Shown here: one piece after another, positions 12,216 to 29,330 of the stretch
How positions within the stretch are numbered: position 1 is the stretch's first letter
Layout: each line of letters begins with the position of its first letter
Source: the human T2T-CHM13v2.0 reference genome, Homo sapiens
Assembly: GCF_009914755.1 (NCBI RefSeq)
Contig: NC_060935.1
Length of the DNA: 64,000 bases
Strand: one strand, 5' to 3'
The notes under the pieces: model-generated
Seen by the model: the letters and a program-made list of their open reading frames with translations, nothing else
Database searches by the model: none
Told to the model about the DNA's origin: nothing
Program-made: the position numbers and the translations under genes

Positions 12216-13697
12216 CTTCCACTTGGCCATTTTAGGATCACCAGACTTGTCATCAGTCCTGTCCTTAGCCCTGTGCCTCCAGGGCCCTTGCTCTGGTCTC
12301 CTTGCTTAGGAGGAACTAGAACAGGCCTGTTTCCTGTCCAACCCCTCCCCACATCTTGGCTGCCCATGGGACATGACCATTTGGATCTCATATCCCTTCT
12401 CATAAGAACAATTTCTAGGTCCTTGCCCTGCCCCAGGTCTCCTCCTTAAATGGCTCTGAGCCCACTCAGAAGGCCTGCATAGTCCTGTTTCAAGGGTCTA
12501 TTGGTGTCCATCCCTAGGCCCAAAGGGTGACATTTAGATGGTAGAGAAAGTGAATGGAACCAAGCTATGTGGTCTGGGGTATTCACACACATGCACACAG
12601 GGCCTCTTGTCAGGAAGGTTAGAACCAGGTATGGGAAGAGAAGGTGGCTGGGCCACAGTCTGGTTGTCTCCCTTGTACTCTAGCTGTAGGGCCTACAAAT
12701 GCCATCCTTCCCATTTCATCTTCATATTCTGAGTATATGCAGCCTCTGTCCAGGTGCTGTTGAATCTGTTCTGTTGATATTGACAACAATGCCAGGAGAC
12801 TGGAGGCATGGGAGAAGGAGGGGAGAATTCACAGGGATAACCACCTACAGGCCTGTCCTGTGCTCTCCGTCCCTTGCTTGCCCTGATGCTTAATGCTCCA
12901 TACAGCCCCTCTTCTTCCCCAGCATCCTCCCTGCACACACCATGAAATCGACTTGTATCTCAGGGCCAAGCTCTCTGAACCTTGCTCCTACCACCATACC
13001 TCTACAGTCTTCCTTCATGGGCTGGCTGTGTATTACATACTGGTCAGATCATAGGCAAATGTGGCAACTGAGGGAAAGACCTGCAGTAACTAAGCACCAA
13101 GCCCCTTCTCATTGTGCCCCTGGCTGTCCCCCACAGGGTCCACAAGGACCTGGGCTCTCATGAAGCAGTAGCATCTGGCTACCAGGAGGCCTCTTGAACC
13201 GCAGACAAGGCTCCTCTTGGAGTGAAAGACACTCTTGAGGATGTGGGGTGTGGAGGACAGTCAGACTCGGCTGGCAGATCAAGGCTTTCCCCAGGTGGCC
13301 TCCCTCTTACCTGTCCACCTGCATCTCCCACCAGTCCCCAGGTCAGTGCAGCCCCAGCTGGACTGGTTTCTTCATGGGCCAGTCCACACAGATGGCCTCT
13401 GTCAAACTCTGTGTCTTGCTTATACCATTTTCCCTATTGAGAATACCCATTCCATTTCTTCCGTTTTGTGTAAGTTTTATCCATCCTCAGAGCCTTTGTC
13501 AGTTGGAAGTTATGACATTTGAGGTATGCTTTAAAAACCACAGTAAAAAGACAAAAGAGAAAAAAGGTGTTAAAGCTGACTTTAAATATGAAGGATCATC
13601 ACGGTGGGAGAGGCAGCAGACCTGGTGTATGTGGCCCCAGGAGGCCAACCAGAGCCTCCAGGGAAACAGAGCTCAGATCAATGTGAGAAAGAACCTC

Positions 13698-13927
13698 TGA
13701 GTAGGCCTGGGCAACATTGTGAGACCGCATCTCTACAAAAAATGTTTAAAAAGTTACCCAGGCATGGTGGTGTGGGCTTGTAGTTCCAGCTCCTTGGGAG
13801 GCTGAGGCAGGAGGATATCTTGAGCTCTGGAGGTTGAGGCTGCAGTGAGCTATGATCACCCACTGTACTCCAGCCTGGGAGACAGAGCCAGTCCCTGTCT
13901 CTAAAAATAAATAAATAAAATAAAAAT
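13698..13927 (+). mobile_element. 5'-truncated AluJ
   Basis: Starts mid-left-arm and has a (TAAA)n tail. TSD agaaagaacctc (13686-97) / agaaggaacctc (13928-39). Confidence 0.9.
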
Positions 13928-14284
13928 AGAAGGAACCTCCAAGTATGAGAAAAACTCGAATATAGAAGAGACTAACTTAAACATTATCAAGTTTCTGGTC
14001 AGAAACTGGCTATGTTCAACCAGGGTGTCATGCTGTGAGGCTGATGAAGATGAGATACAAGCTCCAAATGTGGAGTTGGTCTAAATGGCTCCTAAGATCC
14101 CTCAAACTCTGATATCCAAGCTTTTGTAGTCTCACCACCTCAGGAAAGTCTTCTTTATCCACCACTACCTTCAGAAAATTTATTTCTCTGGGCACCTTAG
14201 AACTGGAACCTCTATATTTAGTCCTTATTATTAGTTACCCTATCTATTATTAGTTATCCTATGTAGATTAAAAACTTTCTGAAG

Positions 14285-14741
<457 letters not shown>

Positions 14742-17599
14742 TTATTAAGAAAATATCTTAGATAATTTTCCCCCTGTCTATAGTAGGGTGTGTCAATAAA
14801 TGTATCTTTCTAAAACAACTGTTTCGGATTGTAGAATTTCTTTACACTTATTAAAGAGAGTTCATAAAGTGCCACAAAATGTCAGACATGACATAAAGAT
14901 CATCCATAATCCCATCATCCAGGAATAACCACAGATAAACACATTCATGTACTTCTTTTCAGTCTTCAATGAATACAGTATTTATTTTTTGAAGTGATGA
15001 TCGTGAACTTCAGGGGAAGTTTGTACTTTTCAGATTTAGAAACAAATGGCAAGAAGCTCAGTCAGCCCTCTGGGATGCACAGCTGGGTCCAGAGCTTCTT
15101 CCTCCTGCTGGTGCCTCCTCTGGAGCAGGGGAAGGGAAGGGCTCTTAAATTGCTATGGGTACTGACTGTTCCAGGTACAGTACCAAAGAAGCACCTGAGA
15201 AAGTGTCCTTTTTACAGATGCTGTTTGCCTTCCAACTCTAAGATGTTACTCATGGTCAAACGAGCTCTCATTCCCTACAATTACCAGGGGGTGTCCACGG
15301 GGAGGATTAACCTGGCTGGAAATGTGTGTGTGCCTATGTGTTTTCCTTTCTCCCTAACTCACGGAGAGCTTGGCAAGGCCAGGGGAGAGGCAGCTGAATA
15401 TTTTTAGCCCCTTGTTCCTCCGAATGGATTGTGCATAACAAAAGAATGCTAATGCTCAGTGTCTTTATGAAAGCACTCGAGTTCATCAGCTTTGCAAAGA
15501 AGTGAAATTAAATCAAGATTTAATTGGGATATGCATGTTTTATTCATGCTACTAACCACAGGAGAAGCCAGCAAGCTGAAGGTAAAAAAGAGGGGAAAAA
15601 ATCTTTTGAAAAGTTGTTTCTCTCTGATTAAATAGATATAGTTTCCAACTTCAAAGGGAGTAGGCCTTTAATGTATTTTAAATGCTCAACTATGCTTGGC
15701 CTGGCCAGCTCTGCTGCTGGTGGGCAACAGCAACCCAGGCATGCCCTGCTCCTGCCTACATGTCCTAACGTCCAAAAAACAGGTGTGTAGCTCCTGGTCC
15801 TACCTTCTGTGCTTCAGTATGGTGCCCTTCGAACAGTTGTTCCAGGACCCTGGGGAGGGAGAGGGTGGTTGCAGCTCAGAGGATGTACAGTTAGCCATTG
15901 GAATCTGAGCAGCCCCTACAGCCAAAGTCTGAAGGACAAATAACACTGAGGAATATGACTTTTTCCATTCGTCAGATATTTCTCTTTTCTAAGGGAACAT
16001 GTATTGAGTATCAAACTATGTTAACTACAAAGATCAGGCAGTCCCTGCCTGAGCCTCTTCCACCTAATGGGATAGGACCAGAGATTAAACTAAGGCCTGA
16101 ATACCATGGGAAAAAAAAACAGAGAAAGGCAAAGTTTGCTGGAAAGTCTTATTATGCTCTGAGAGACCAAGGGAAGGAGCAATCCAACAGGGAGACAAAG
16201 AAAGCCTTATGAGTAGGTGGCATTGGAGCTAGGTTGGAAGAATGTCTAGAATTTCTGAATGTATAAACGAAGAGTAAGTATTCCAAACAGTGAAACCCTG
16301 AGTCAAGTTGCTGGAGATGGAAATGTTGGAGGATGTTTAGGGGAAGGCGGAGTCTGCTTGGCTGTGGATTTTAGTACATATGGTGCAGTGGTGAAACAGT
16401 CTGGAAACAGAGGTTGACACAAGAGCATAGAGAGCCTTAAACTCGGGGTGAGCAGTTTGTAAAGTGAGTGGACTGGTTAAAGTTTTGGGGATAAATTGCT
16501 CTTTATATTAATAAATTTAGGGCCCCAAAGAATGAGAAAAGATTTTCAAATGATTTGGTCACAGGATTGCCCCTCCTGTGGCATACCACCTCTTGTGACC
16601 ATGACAGACATCATTAATTCATTCGGGCACTCTTTTCTTCTAAGCCAGAAGGAATCTTGCAGTCTTTTTGAACAAAGCAAACCAGTAGCCACTGCTAGAT
16701 TCTAGCCATCAGAGTCTTTTTCTGCTACTCTTGTGTATTTCATGCAATGAAATGTGGGTTCTTCGGACCTAATTACTCATTGAGAAAAAACTACAAGTCC
16801 TTTTAAAAGTATCAAATGGATAATAAGATAGTATGGAATTAGGAGGAAAGTTGTTTAAGGAAACAAATGAGAGGTAAAGGCAACCCAGAAGACATTTTTT
16901 TTTTTTTGCCCTAACAACATTGGCCAATTTAGGGAATTTTGAACTTTTGTTTTGAGGTCATCATGGACATATGGTAACAGAAATCAAAATTGGCCAATGA
17001 TTTTAGTTCCAAGGACAATGTCAGACTATAATATTTCCATCAGCTGAGTAAATAAATCCCTTATTCCTGAAAGGGGAATGTCCAGTGCAGCACAGCATTC
17101 ATTACACCATGTTTGAAATTTTTAAAAGTGTAAATATACTCGTATGAGCAGGAAACTATAAAAATTGACACAGTGGAGTTTTTTAAAATAGAACTTCTGA
17201 AAATAAAACTCCAATTACTAAATTAAAAAAAAACCTAAAGGATTAATTTAACCTGCAGATTAAACACAGCTAAGGAAAGAATTAGTAAACTGGAAGATAT
17301 GCCAGAAAAAATTAGTCTACATGTGCCATAAAGAGATAGAAAGGTGGAAAAATGCAGATGAGGAGTTAAGTGGTATGCTGGATATAGTGAGAAGAGCTAG
17401 CATATATTTAATCAGATTCCCAGGAAAGGAGAGAGAGATAGGGCAAAAGCAATATTTGAAGAAATCTTGGGTAAGAATTTTTCAGGAACAATGAATGATA
17501 TGAAACTGTAGATTCAAGAAGCCTTAAAAATCTCAATCAGGATAGAGAAAACATTGACACATAATAGTGAGAACAGAGAATATCCTAAACAAAGAAATG

Positions 17600-17941
<342 letters not shown>

Positions 17942-18037
17942 TGAATGAGTTAGACTGATTGCTGACTTCTCAACAATAATAATGGAAGTCAGAAGGCAAG
18001 GGAATAAGATCCTCAAGATATTGACAAAAGTTAATAG

Positions 18038-18400
<363 letters not shown>

Positions 18401-19299
18401 AAGACTTTTTAATATAAGTAAAACAGAGTTTGTCATCAAGAGACCCTCAGTAAAAGAAATTCTTAATGACGTATTTCAGGAAGAAAGAAAATGATTGTAG
18501 ATGGAAGGGTTGAAATACAAAAAGTAATCAAGAGAAAGACAACCTTTCAGCTATAAATAAGTGGGTAAATCCAAATGAACATTGAATATACAAAAAATAA
18601 CAATAAGACCCCGTGGCTTACATTTAAAAGTATAATTAATGGAGCTAGGGTCCTTATATTATCTGATAAGGTAAAGGTATTCACATCTGGCTAGATAATT
18701 TAAGCATACATTTTGTATTTTTAAGATGGTATTGGTCACAAATTAGTGCAGAAAAATAGAGGCAAAGTACTTCAAGAAGAAAATAATTTAATGTTGGGAA
18801 TTAGAAGCTTGTAAAATCATTGGGAAACTGGAGGTACGAAAGTTAGAGGGCTGCTTCTAGGCTTTTGGCTGCATCACTACAACACAATCCGGAAGTCAAA
18901 AGGCTGCCATTGCTACCCAGAGGAGAGTCAATTGCAAAAAATACTTGGTGATATTACAGCTTTTCCACATCTTGAAGCTGGTGACTGGCAATGGAATCCT
19001 ATGTTCAACTACTGCAAACATTCATGTCTTCCACAACCCGCACATCAGCTGTCATCACTGTCAAAGAAAAAAGGGTCGTTTCCTCCTCCCTGCTTTCCAA
19101 TCATACATGAGTATATTTCATCAGCAGAACATAAATTGCATTTCAAAACTGGTGTCAAGGAGCCTAAGAAGTGTAGTGAAATTTCAGCTCTTGAGATACA
19201 GGGAAGAACACGGAGGATGGTGGAAATTAAAGATGATTGCTAATAAACATGATCCAGTCCAAAAGAATAAAAACAATATCATCCAAAAAAGTAAATTTT

Positions 19300-22350
<3,051 letters not shown>

Positions 22351-22389
22351 TTTTTGTAAATAAAATTTACTATTTATGCTAAAAAAATG

Positions 22390-23390
22390 GCAAATTAAGA
22401 ATAGTTGGAAGCCTGTTTAGTTTTATACAATATATTTGCTAAAACCTACAACAAACATCATACTTAATGGTGAAGCTCTAGACGCTTTTCCTTTTTTTTT
22501 TGGAAAAAAGTTCTCACTCTGTTACCCAGTCTGGAGTACAATGGCACGATCATGGCTAACTGCAGCCTTGACCTCCCAGACTCAGGAGATCCTCCCACCT
22601 TAGCCCCGCAGTACCTGGGACTCCAAGTGTGCACCACCTCACCCAGCTAACTTTTTTTATTTTTTGTAGAGATGGGGTCTCTCCATGTTACCCAAATTGG
22701 TCTTGAACTGCTGGGCTTAAGCAATCCTCCCACTTCTGCCTCCCAAAATGCTGGGAGTACAAAGCATGAGCCACCATGCCCAGCCAGCTTTTCCTTTAGA
22801 AAATAGGAACAAGACAAATAATTGCACTACCCCAACTTTCACCAGATCAACACTGTAGTAGAGGTTTTGGCCACCACAGAAAAAAAATCTTCCATTCTCT
22901 ATTCCCTAAAAATGATTGAAAAGGTGGGGGGAAGTCATGATTTAAAAAAATCATGTAACTGTGCACATTATGATATAATCAGTGTGGATTACAGAAAATT
23001 CAAAAAGATTCCATAGATACATTTTTAAATTTAGAGAGTTTTAACAAGTTTTCTGCATACAAAACAAGTATAAAAAACATTTGTGTGAATATTTGCACCA
23101 CCATATATCAAGACTTACTATAAAGATATGATAATTAAGTCAGTATGTATTGGTGCGGGGATAGTCAAATAGAGCAATTACCTAGAATAGCAAGCCAAGC
23201 AATAGACTCTTGTACAGTACAGAGGTGAGCCCCGCAGAGTATTTGATAAAAGACAGACTTCTCAAAAATGGTGCCAAGACAATTGAATATATATGGAGAA
23301 AAAAATGAAATTAGATTTCTATCTCACATCATAGACTAAAATCAATTTCAGATGGATTAAAGACCTGCTTGTGCAGTCAAAATTATATTG
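22390..23390 (+). mobile_element. Old L1M ORF2 fragment (continues at ~32830-32930)
   Basis: 'aaaacctacaacaaacatcatacttaatggtgaa', 'aaaatcaatttcagatggattaaagacct'. The sequence resumes after 32830 with 'gaataccctcatgacctctaggtattgaagaatttcttaaacaag'. Confidence 0.7.
22492..22785 (-). mobile_element. AluJ
   Basis: Diagnostic 'gatcatggctaactgcagccttgacctcc'. TSD gcttttcctt. Confidence 0.93.
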
Positions 23391-25523
23391 CTTTCTGGAA
23401 TTTTAGTTCCAGAGCAAGGTGCTATAGATTCACTTTTCCCTGCTCCTCCTTTCTAAATATAACTTAATACACAGAAATTTATTAAACATAATGATGAAAG
23501 GACTCTGAAAGCTGGAAAGAAACAGGTAGACTGGGTAGAGACCTCAGGACTTGAAAAATGGCAACGTGGTGATTTCCCTAGGTTTTAATTTTTTTAATCT
23601 TCCAAATACCACTGAACTGGGCAGTGGAGAGGCCTACAGTCCAGAACCAATAAGCAGAGAGAGAAAAAAAAAAAGTGTTCTTTCTCTAGCCAAAGGACCA
23701 AGAAAGGGGAAGCTCAACAGAGACAACAGAGATCTAGTGGGGAAACTCATTCCCTGCTCCCTACCTGGGGACCTGGGGACCCTGCTTTTGGACTCATCCA
23801 TTGGCAGCAGTGGCAGTGGTGAAGACCCAGTCATCTCAATCTCTGCTCCATGACCAGAGCCCTCCTAGTGGATGGTCTTATCTATTTGCCCCTGTAGCCA
23901 CAGCAATGGTAGCACCAGCAACAAGGGAAGTCCTAGGCCATCCAGCCCCTGCTCCACAAACCAGGCTCAGTGAATGATCTCATACCTTGGCAGCAGTGAT
24001 GCCCTGGGCTTTCCAAGCCTCTATTATACAATGAAAGTACTGGTAGGTCATCCCATTCACCTTCAGTGGCAACAGCCCTGAAGCCCTGCGTTTCTCTGTC
24101 TTCCACCAGTGGCATAGTGAGACCCAGGCCAAGTGTTCCTCTCCTTCTCCTCCACCAAAGGTCCCCCAACGACAGCAGGTAGCCAAAGGAAGTACCTTCT
24201 GTACTGCAGACAGTGCTGGCAGGCATTGAGCAAGTGTCATAACAACACTAAGAGAACAAAGCTGGTCAGAATAACATACCAGGGGGCTTAGAAAACTAAA
24301 ATTTTATTAGAATTAAAGCCACAAAAGTAGGGCAGAACCCATATGCTAAACTTAAAAAGGGTAACTTCCTGCTAACATACATTTACTCAGGATCAAGGGT
24401 CACTTCACATAATAACCAAAATGTCCAGGATACAATGAAAAATCCTCCTTCTTACTAAAAATCAGGAGAACCACAATTTGAAAGGGAAAAGACAATCAAC
24501 AGATGCTGATGCTGAGATGAATTAGATGGTGGAATTATTTGACAAGAATTTTAAAGCACCCCTCATAAAAATGACCCAATATTCGATAACGATTTTTTTG
24601 AAACAATGAAAAGATAGAAAAATCTTAGCAAAGCAACAGAAGTTATTTAAAAAAAGAGCCAAACAGAAATCGTAGACCCCAAAAATACAATAACTTAAAT
24701 GAAAAACACATGCCAGATAGAATCAACAGAGTGGAGATGACAGAGCATAGAATCTATGAACTTGACAAATCAATAGAATTTATTCAATCTGAACAATAGA
24801 GAGAAAATAGACGGAAGAAAGGCATGGTCTTAAGGATTTATGTAACAAATACCTAACATTCATATCATTGGAGTCTCAGAATAAGTAATGGTTGAAAACT
24901 TTCCAAATTGGCAAAAGACAAAAATTTATAGATCCAAAGGCTAGGTGAACTCCAAATAGAATAAACCAAAAGAAATCCATATCAAGAAACATCATAATTA
25001 AACTTCTGAAATCTAATGGCAAAGAAAAAAATCTTAAAAACAGCCAGAGAGAAATGACACATTATCTATAAAAACCCACCAATTAGAATGACAGATGATT
25101 TTTCATCTGAAACAACACAGCCAGGAAGAAATGGCATATTTTTCAGTTCTGAAAGTAAGTGTCAACCTTGCATCTTGATGAAATAGACAGTGAAATTAAT
25201 TTTTTCCCTCAGAAATTAATAAAAAATAGATATCTTCAGAGAAAGGAAAACCAACAGGATATGTTGTTAGCAGACCTATCTTTAAGGACTGGCTAAGGAA
25301 AGCTCTCCAAACACAAAGAAAAGGACAATAGAAGGCTAGGACCTTCAGAGAGAAAACAAAAACAACAGAGTGAGCAAAAATGGAAATAAATGTAATAGAC
25401 TGTCCTTCACTCCATGATTTCTTTAGTCATACTTTATGATTGAAGCAATCATAAAAGTTACATTATCATCTGATATGGCACTCAATATATATAGAGGAAA
25501 CACTTGAAACAATTATATCTTAA

Positions 25524-25834
<311 letters not shown>

Positions 25835-25935
25835 CTAAACTTTACTTGAAGTGGCAAAATGTTGACACTAGTAGACTGTCATGTTACATATGTAAAAGGT
25901 AATACCTAGAGCAACCACTAAAAAAAAAAAATACA

Positions 25936-26308
<373 letters not shown>

Positions 26309-26436
26309 TCACAGGAAGGCGAAAGAAACAGAGGAGGTAGAAACAGAAGGAATAAATGAAAAACAAATAAAATGTCAAACAATTCTCTGCATATCAATAA
26401 TTACTTTATAAATAAGTATAGAAATTAAAAGTTAGA

Positions 26437-26729
26437 GGCTGGGTGCGGTGGCTACACCTGTAATCCCAGCACTTTGGGAGGCCGAGGTGGGCGGATCACG
26501 AGGTCAGGAGATCGAGACCATCCTGGCTAACACGGTGAAACCCTGTCTCTACTAAAAATACAGAAAATTAGCTGGGCGAGGTGGCAGGCGCCTGTAGTCC
26601 CAGCTACTCGGGAGGCTGAGGCAGGAGAATGACGTGAACCTTGGGGGGCAGAGCCTGCAGTGAGCCGAGATCACGCCACTACACTCCAACCTGGGCGACA
26701 GCGAGACTCCGTCTCAAAAAAAAAAAAAA
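26437..26729 (+). mobile_element. AluY
   Basis: CpG-rich, with diagnostic 'gatcgagaccatcctggctaacacgg'. Perfect 15-bp TSD aaattaaaagttaga (26422-36 / 26730-44). Confidence 0.97.
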
Positions 26730-27384
26730 AAATTAAAAGTTAGAGATAGGCAGAGTAGATCAAAATATCCCAGCCCAGCTAAATGATCTCTCAAATATCA
26801 CTTCAAACATATTGACATAGGTAGGATGAAAGTTACAGGAAGGAAAAAGATTTATAATACAAACATTAATCAAAAAAGAAGGCATAGCTATGTTAATATT
26901 AGACAAAGTTGACTTCAGAGCAAAGAATATTATGGGGAGCAAAGAAGTATATTACATAATAATTAAAAGATCAACCTGCCAAGAAGATATAGCCCTTCTA
27001 AAAGCATATACACAGCACAACAGATCCTCAAAATACATGAAACAAAACTGACAGAATTGAAGTATTGATAGAAAAATCCACAAAACTTGGAATTTGTGAA
27101 AGTTGGGAAGTTCAACACTTCACTCCAGCAATTGACAGCACTACCATACAGAAAGTCAGCAAGGATACAGGACTGAATGACACTATCAAACAACAACATG
27201 TAACTGGCATGTATAGAACACTTCACTTTTCAACAGCAGAATACATATTCTTTTGAATTGCCATGAAACATTCACCAAGATAGATCATAACCTGGGTCAT
27301 AAAACAAATCTGAACAAATTTTAAAAAACTGAAACACATAGTGTGCATAGAGTAATATTATTTGGTTGTATATATATTACATTG

Positions 27385-29330
27385 TTTGCACACATGCTAC
27401 AACATGGATAAAACTTGGAGACATTAGGCTAAGTGAAGTAAGCCAGTCACACACAGACAACTATTGTATGATTCTGCTTATATGAGGTACCCAGAGCAGT
27501 GAAATTTATAAAGACAGAAAGTAAAGTGAGGGTTTCTAGGGGATAGGGTGACTGGGGAATGAGGAGTTAGCATTTAATGGGTTCAGAGTTTCAGTGTGGG
27601 AAGATGAAAAAGTTCCAGAGCTGAATGGGAGTCATGGTTGCAGACCAATGTGCATGTGATGCCACTGTACACTCACTGGACACTCACTGTATACTCTCTG
27701 TACACTCACTGGACACTCACTGGACACTCTCTGTACGCTCACTAGACACTCACTGGACACTCCCTGGACACTCCCTGGACACTGTACACTCACTGGATAC
27801 TCACTGGACACTCCCTGGACACTGTACACTCACTGTACACTCTGTATGCTCACTGTACACTCACTGGGTACTCACTGTATGCTCTCTGTACACTCACTGG
27901 ACACTCACTGGACACTGGACACTCACTATACACTCACTGGACATTCACTGTATACTTTCTGTACACTCACTGGACACTGGACACTCACTGGACACTCACT
28001 GAACACTCACTATACACTCACTGGACACTGGACACTCACTAGATACTCATTGTACACTGTACACTCACTGGACACCCACTGTATACTCTCTGGACACTCA
28101 CTGGACACTCTCTGGACACTCTGTGGACACTCATTGGACACTCACTTTACACTCTCTGGACACTCACTGGACACTCACTGGACACTGTACACTCACTGGA
28201 CACTGTATACTCTGTACACTCACTGGACACTCACTGTATACTCTCTGTATGCTCACTGGACACTCACTGGACACTCTGGACACTCATTGTACACTCTGTA
28301 CACTCACTGGACACTGTACACTCACTGGACACTCGCTGGACACTCGCCGTACACTCTGTAAACTCACTGGACACTCTGAACACTCACTGGACACTGTACA
28401 CTGTACACTCACTGGACACTCACTGGACACTCTGTACACTCACTGGACACTGTACACTCACTGGACATTCTCTGTACACTCACTGGACACTCACTTTACA
28501 CTCTGTACACTCACTGTATAATCTCTGTACACTCACTGGACACTCACTGGACACTGTACACTCACTGTACAGTCACTGGACACTCCCTGGACACTGTACA
28601 CTCACTGGACACTCCCTGGACACTCACTGGACACTCTCTACACTCACTGGACACTCTACACTCACTGGACACTCACTGTATACTCTGGACACTCAATGGA
28701 CAGTCACTGGACACTGTACACTCACTGGACAGTCACTGGACACTCACTGGACACTGTACACTCACTGGACACTCACTGGACACTCCCTGGACACTGTACA
28801 CTCACTGGACACTCCCTGGACACTCACTGGACCCTCTCTGTACACTCACTGGACACTCACTGGACACTGTACACTCAATATACACTCACTGGACACTCAC
28901 TGTATACTCTGTACACTCACTGGAAACTCACTGGACACTGTACACTCACTGGACAGTCACTAGACACTGGACACTCTCTGTACACTCACTGGACACTCAC
29001 TGGACACTGGACACTTACTGGACACTGTACACTCACTGGACACTCCCTGGACACTCACTGGACACTCTCTGTACACTCACTGGACACTCACTGGACACTG
29101 TACACTCACTGGACAGTCATTGGACACTCACTGGACACTGGACACTCACTGGACCCTCTCTGTACACTCACTGTACACTCTCTGTACACTCACTGTACAC
29201 TCACTGTATACTCTGTACATTCACTGAACACTTACTGGACTGTCACTGTACACTTAAAAATCAACTGCACACTTAAAAGTGCTTAAAATGAGATATTTTA
29301 TGTTATGTATATTTTACCAAAATAAAAGAC
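27385..29330 (+). mobile_element. L1MB-type 3' end nested in the L1MD, split by a minisatellite
   Basis: 'catgctacaacatggataaaacttggagacattaggctaagtgaagtaagccagtcac...tttaatgggttcagagtttcagtgtgggaagatgaaaaagttcc' then, after the array, 'cacttaaaagtgcttaaaatgagatattttatgttatgtatattttacc'. Confidence 0.85.
27663..29254. repeat. ~1.6-kb minisatellite, consensus 11-mer CACTGGACACT with variants (CACTGTACACT, CACTGTATACT, CTCTGTACACT, CCCTGGACACT; 7- and 9-mer truncations)
   Basis: Directly visible tandem array of roughly 150 units. Confidence 0.98.

Noticed and set aside
27663-29254. CRISPR-like or satellite-like array
   Set aside because: There are no unique spacers and no cas genes, and the context is eukaryotic. 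It is a simple variant-unit tandem repeat.
27625-29286. Long His/Thr/Leu-rich repetitive ORFs (up to 196 aa)
   Set aside because: They arise because the minisatellite units lack stop codons on the plus strand. They occur in all frames, with no promoter or splice support.
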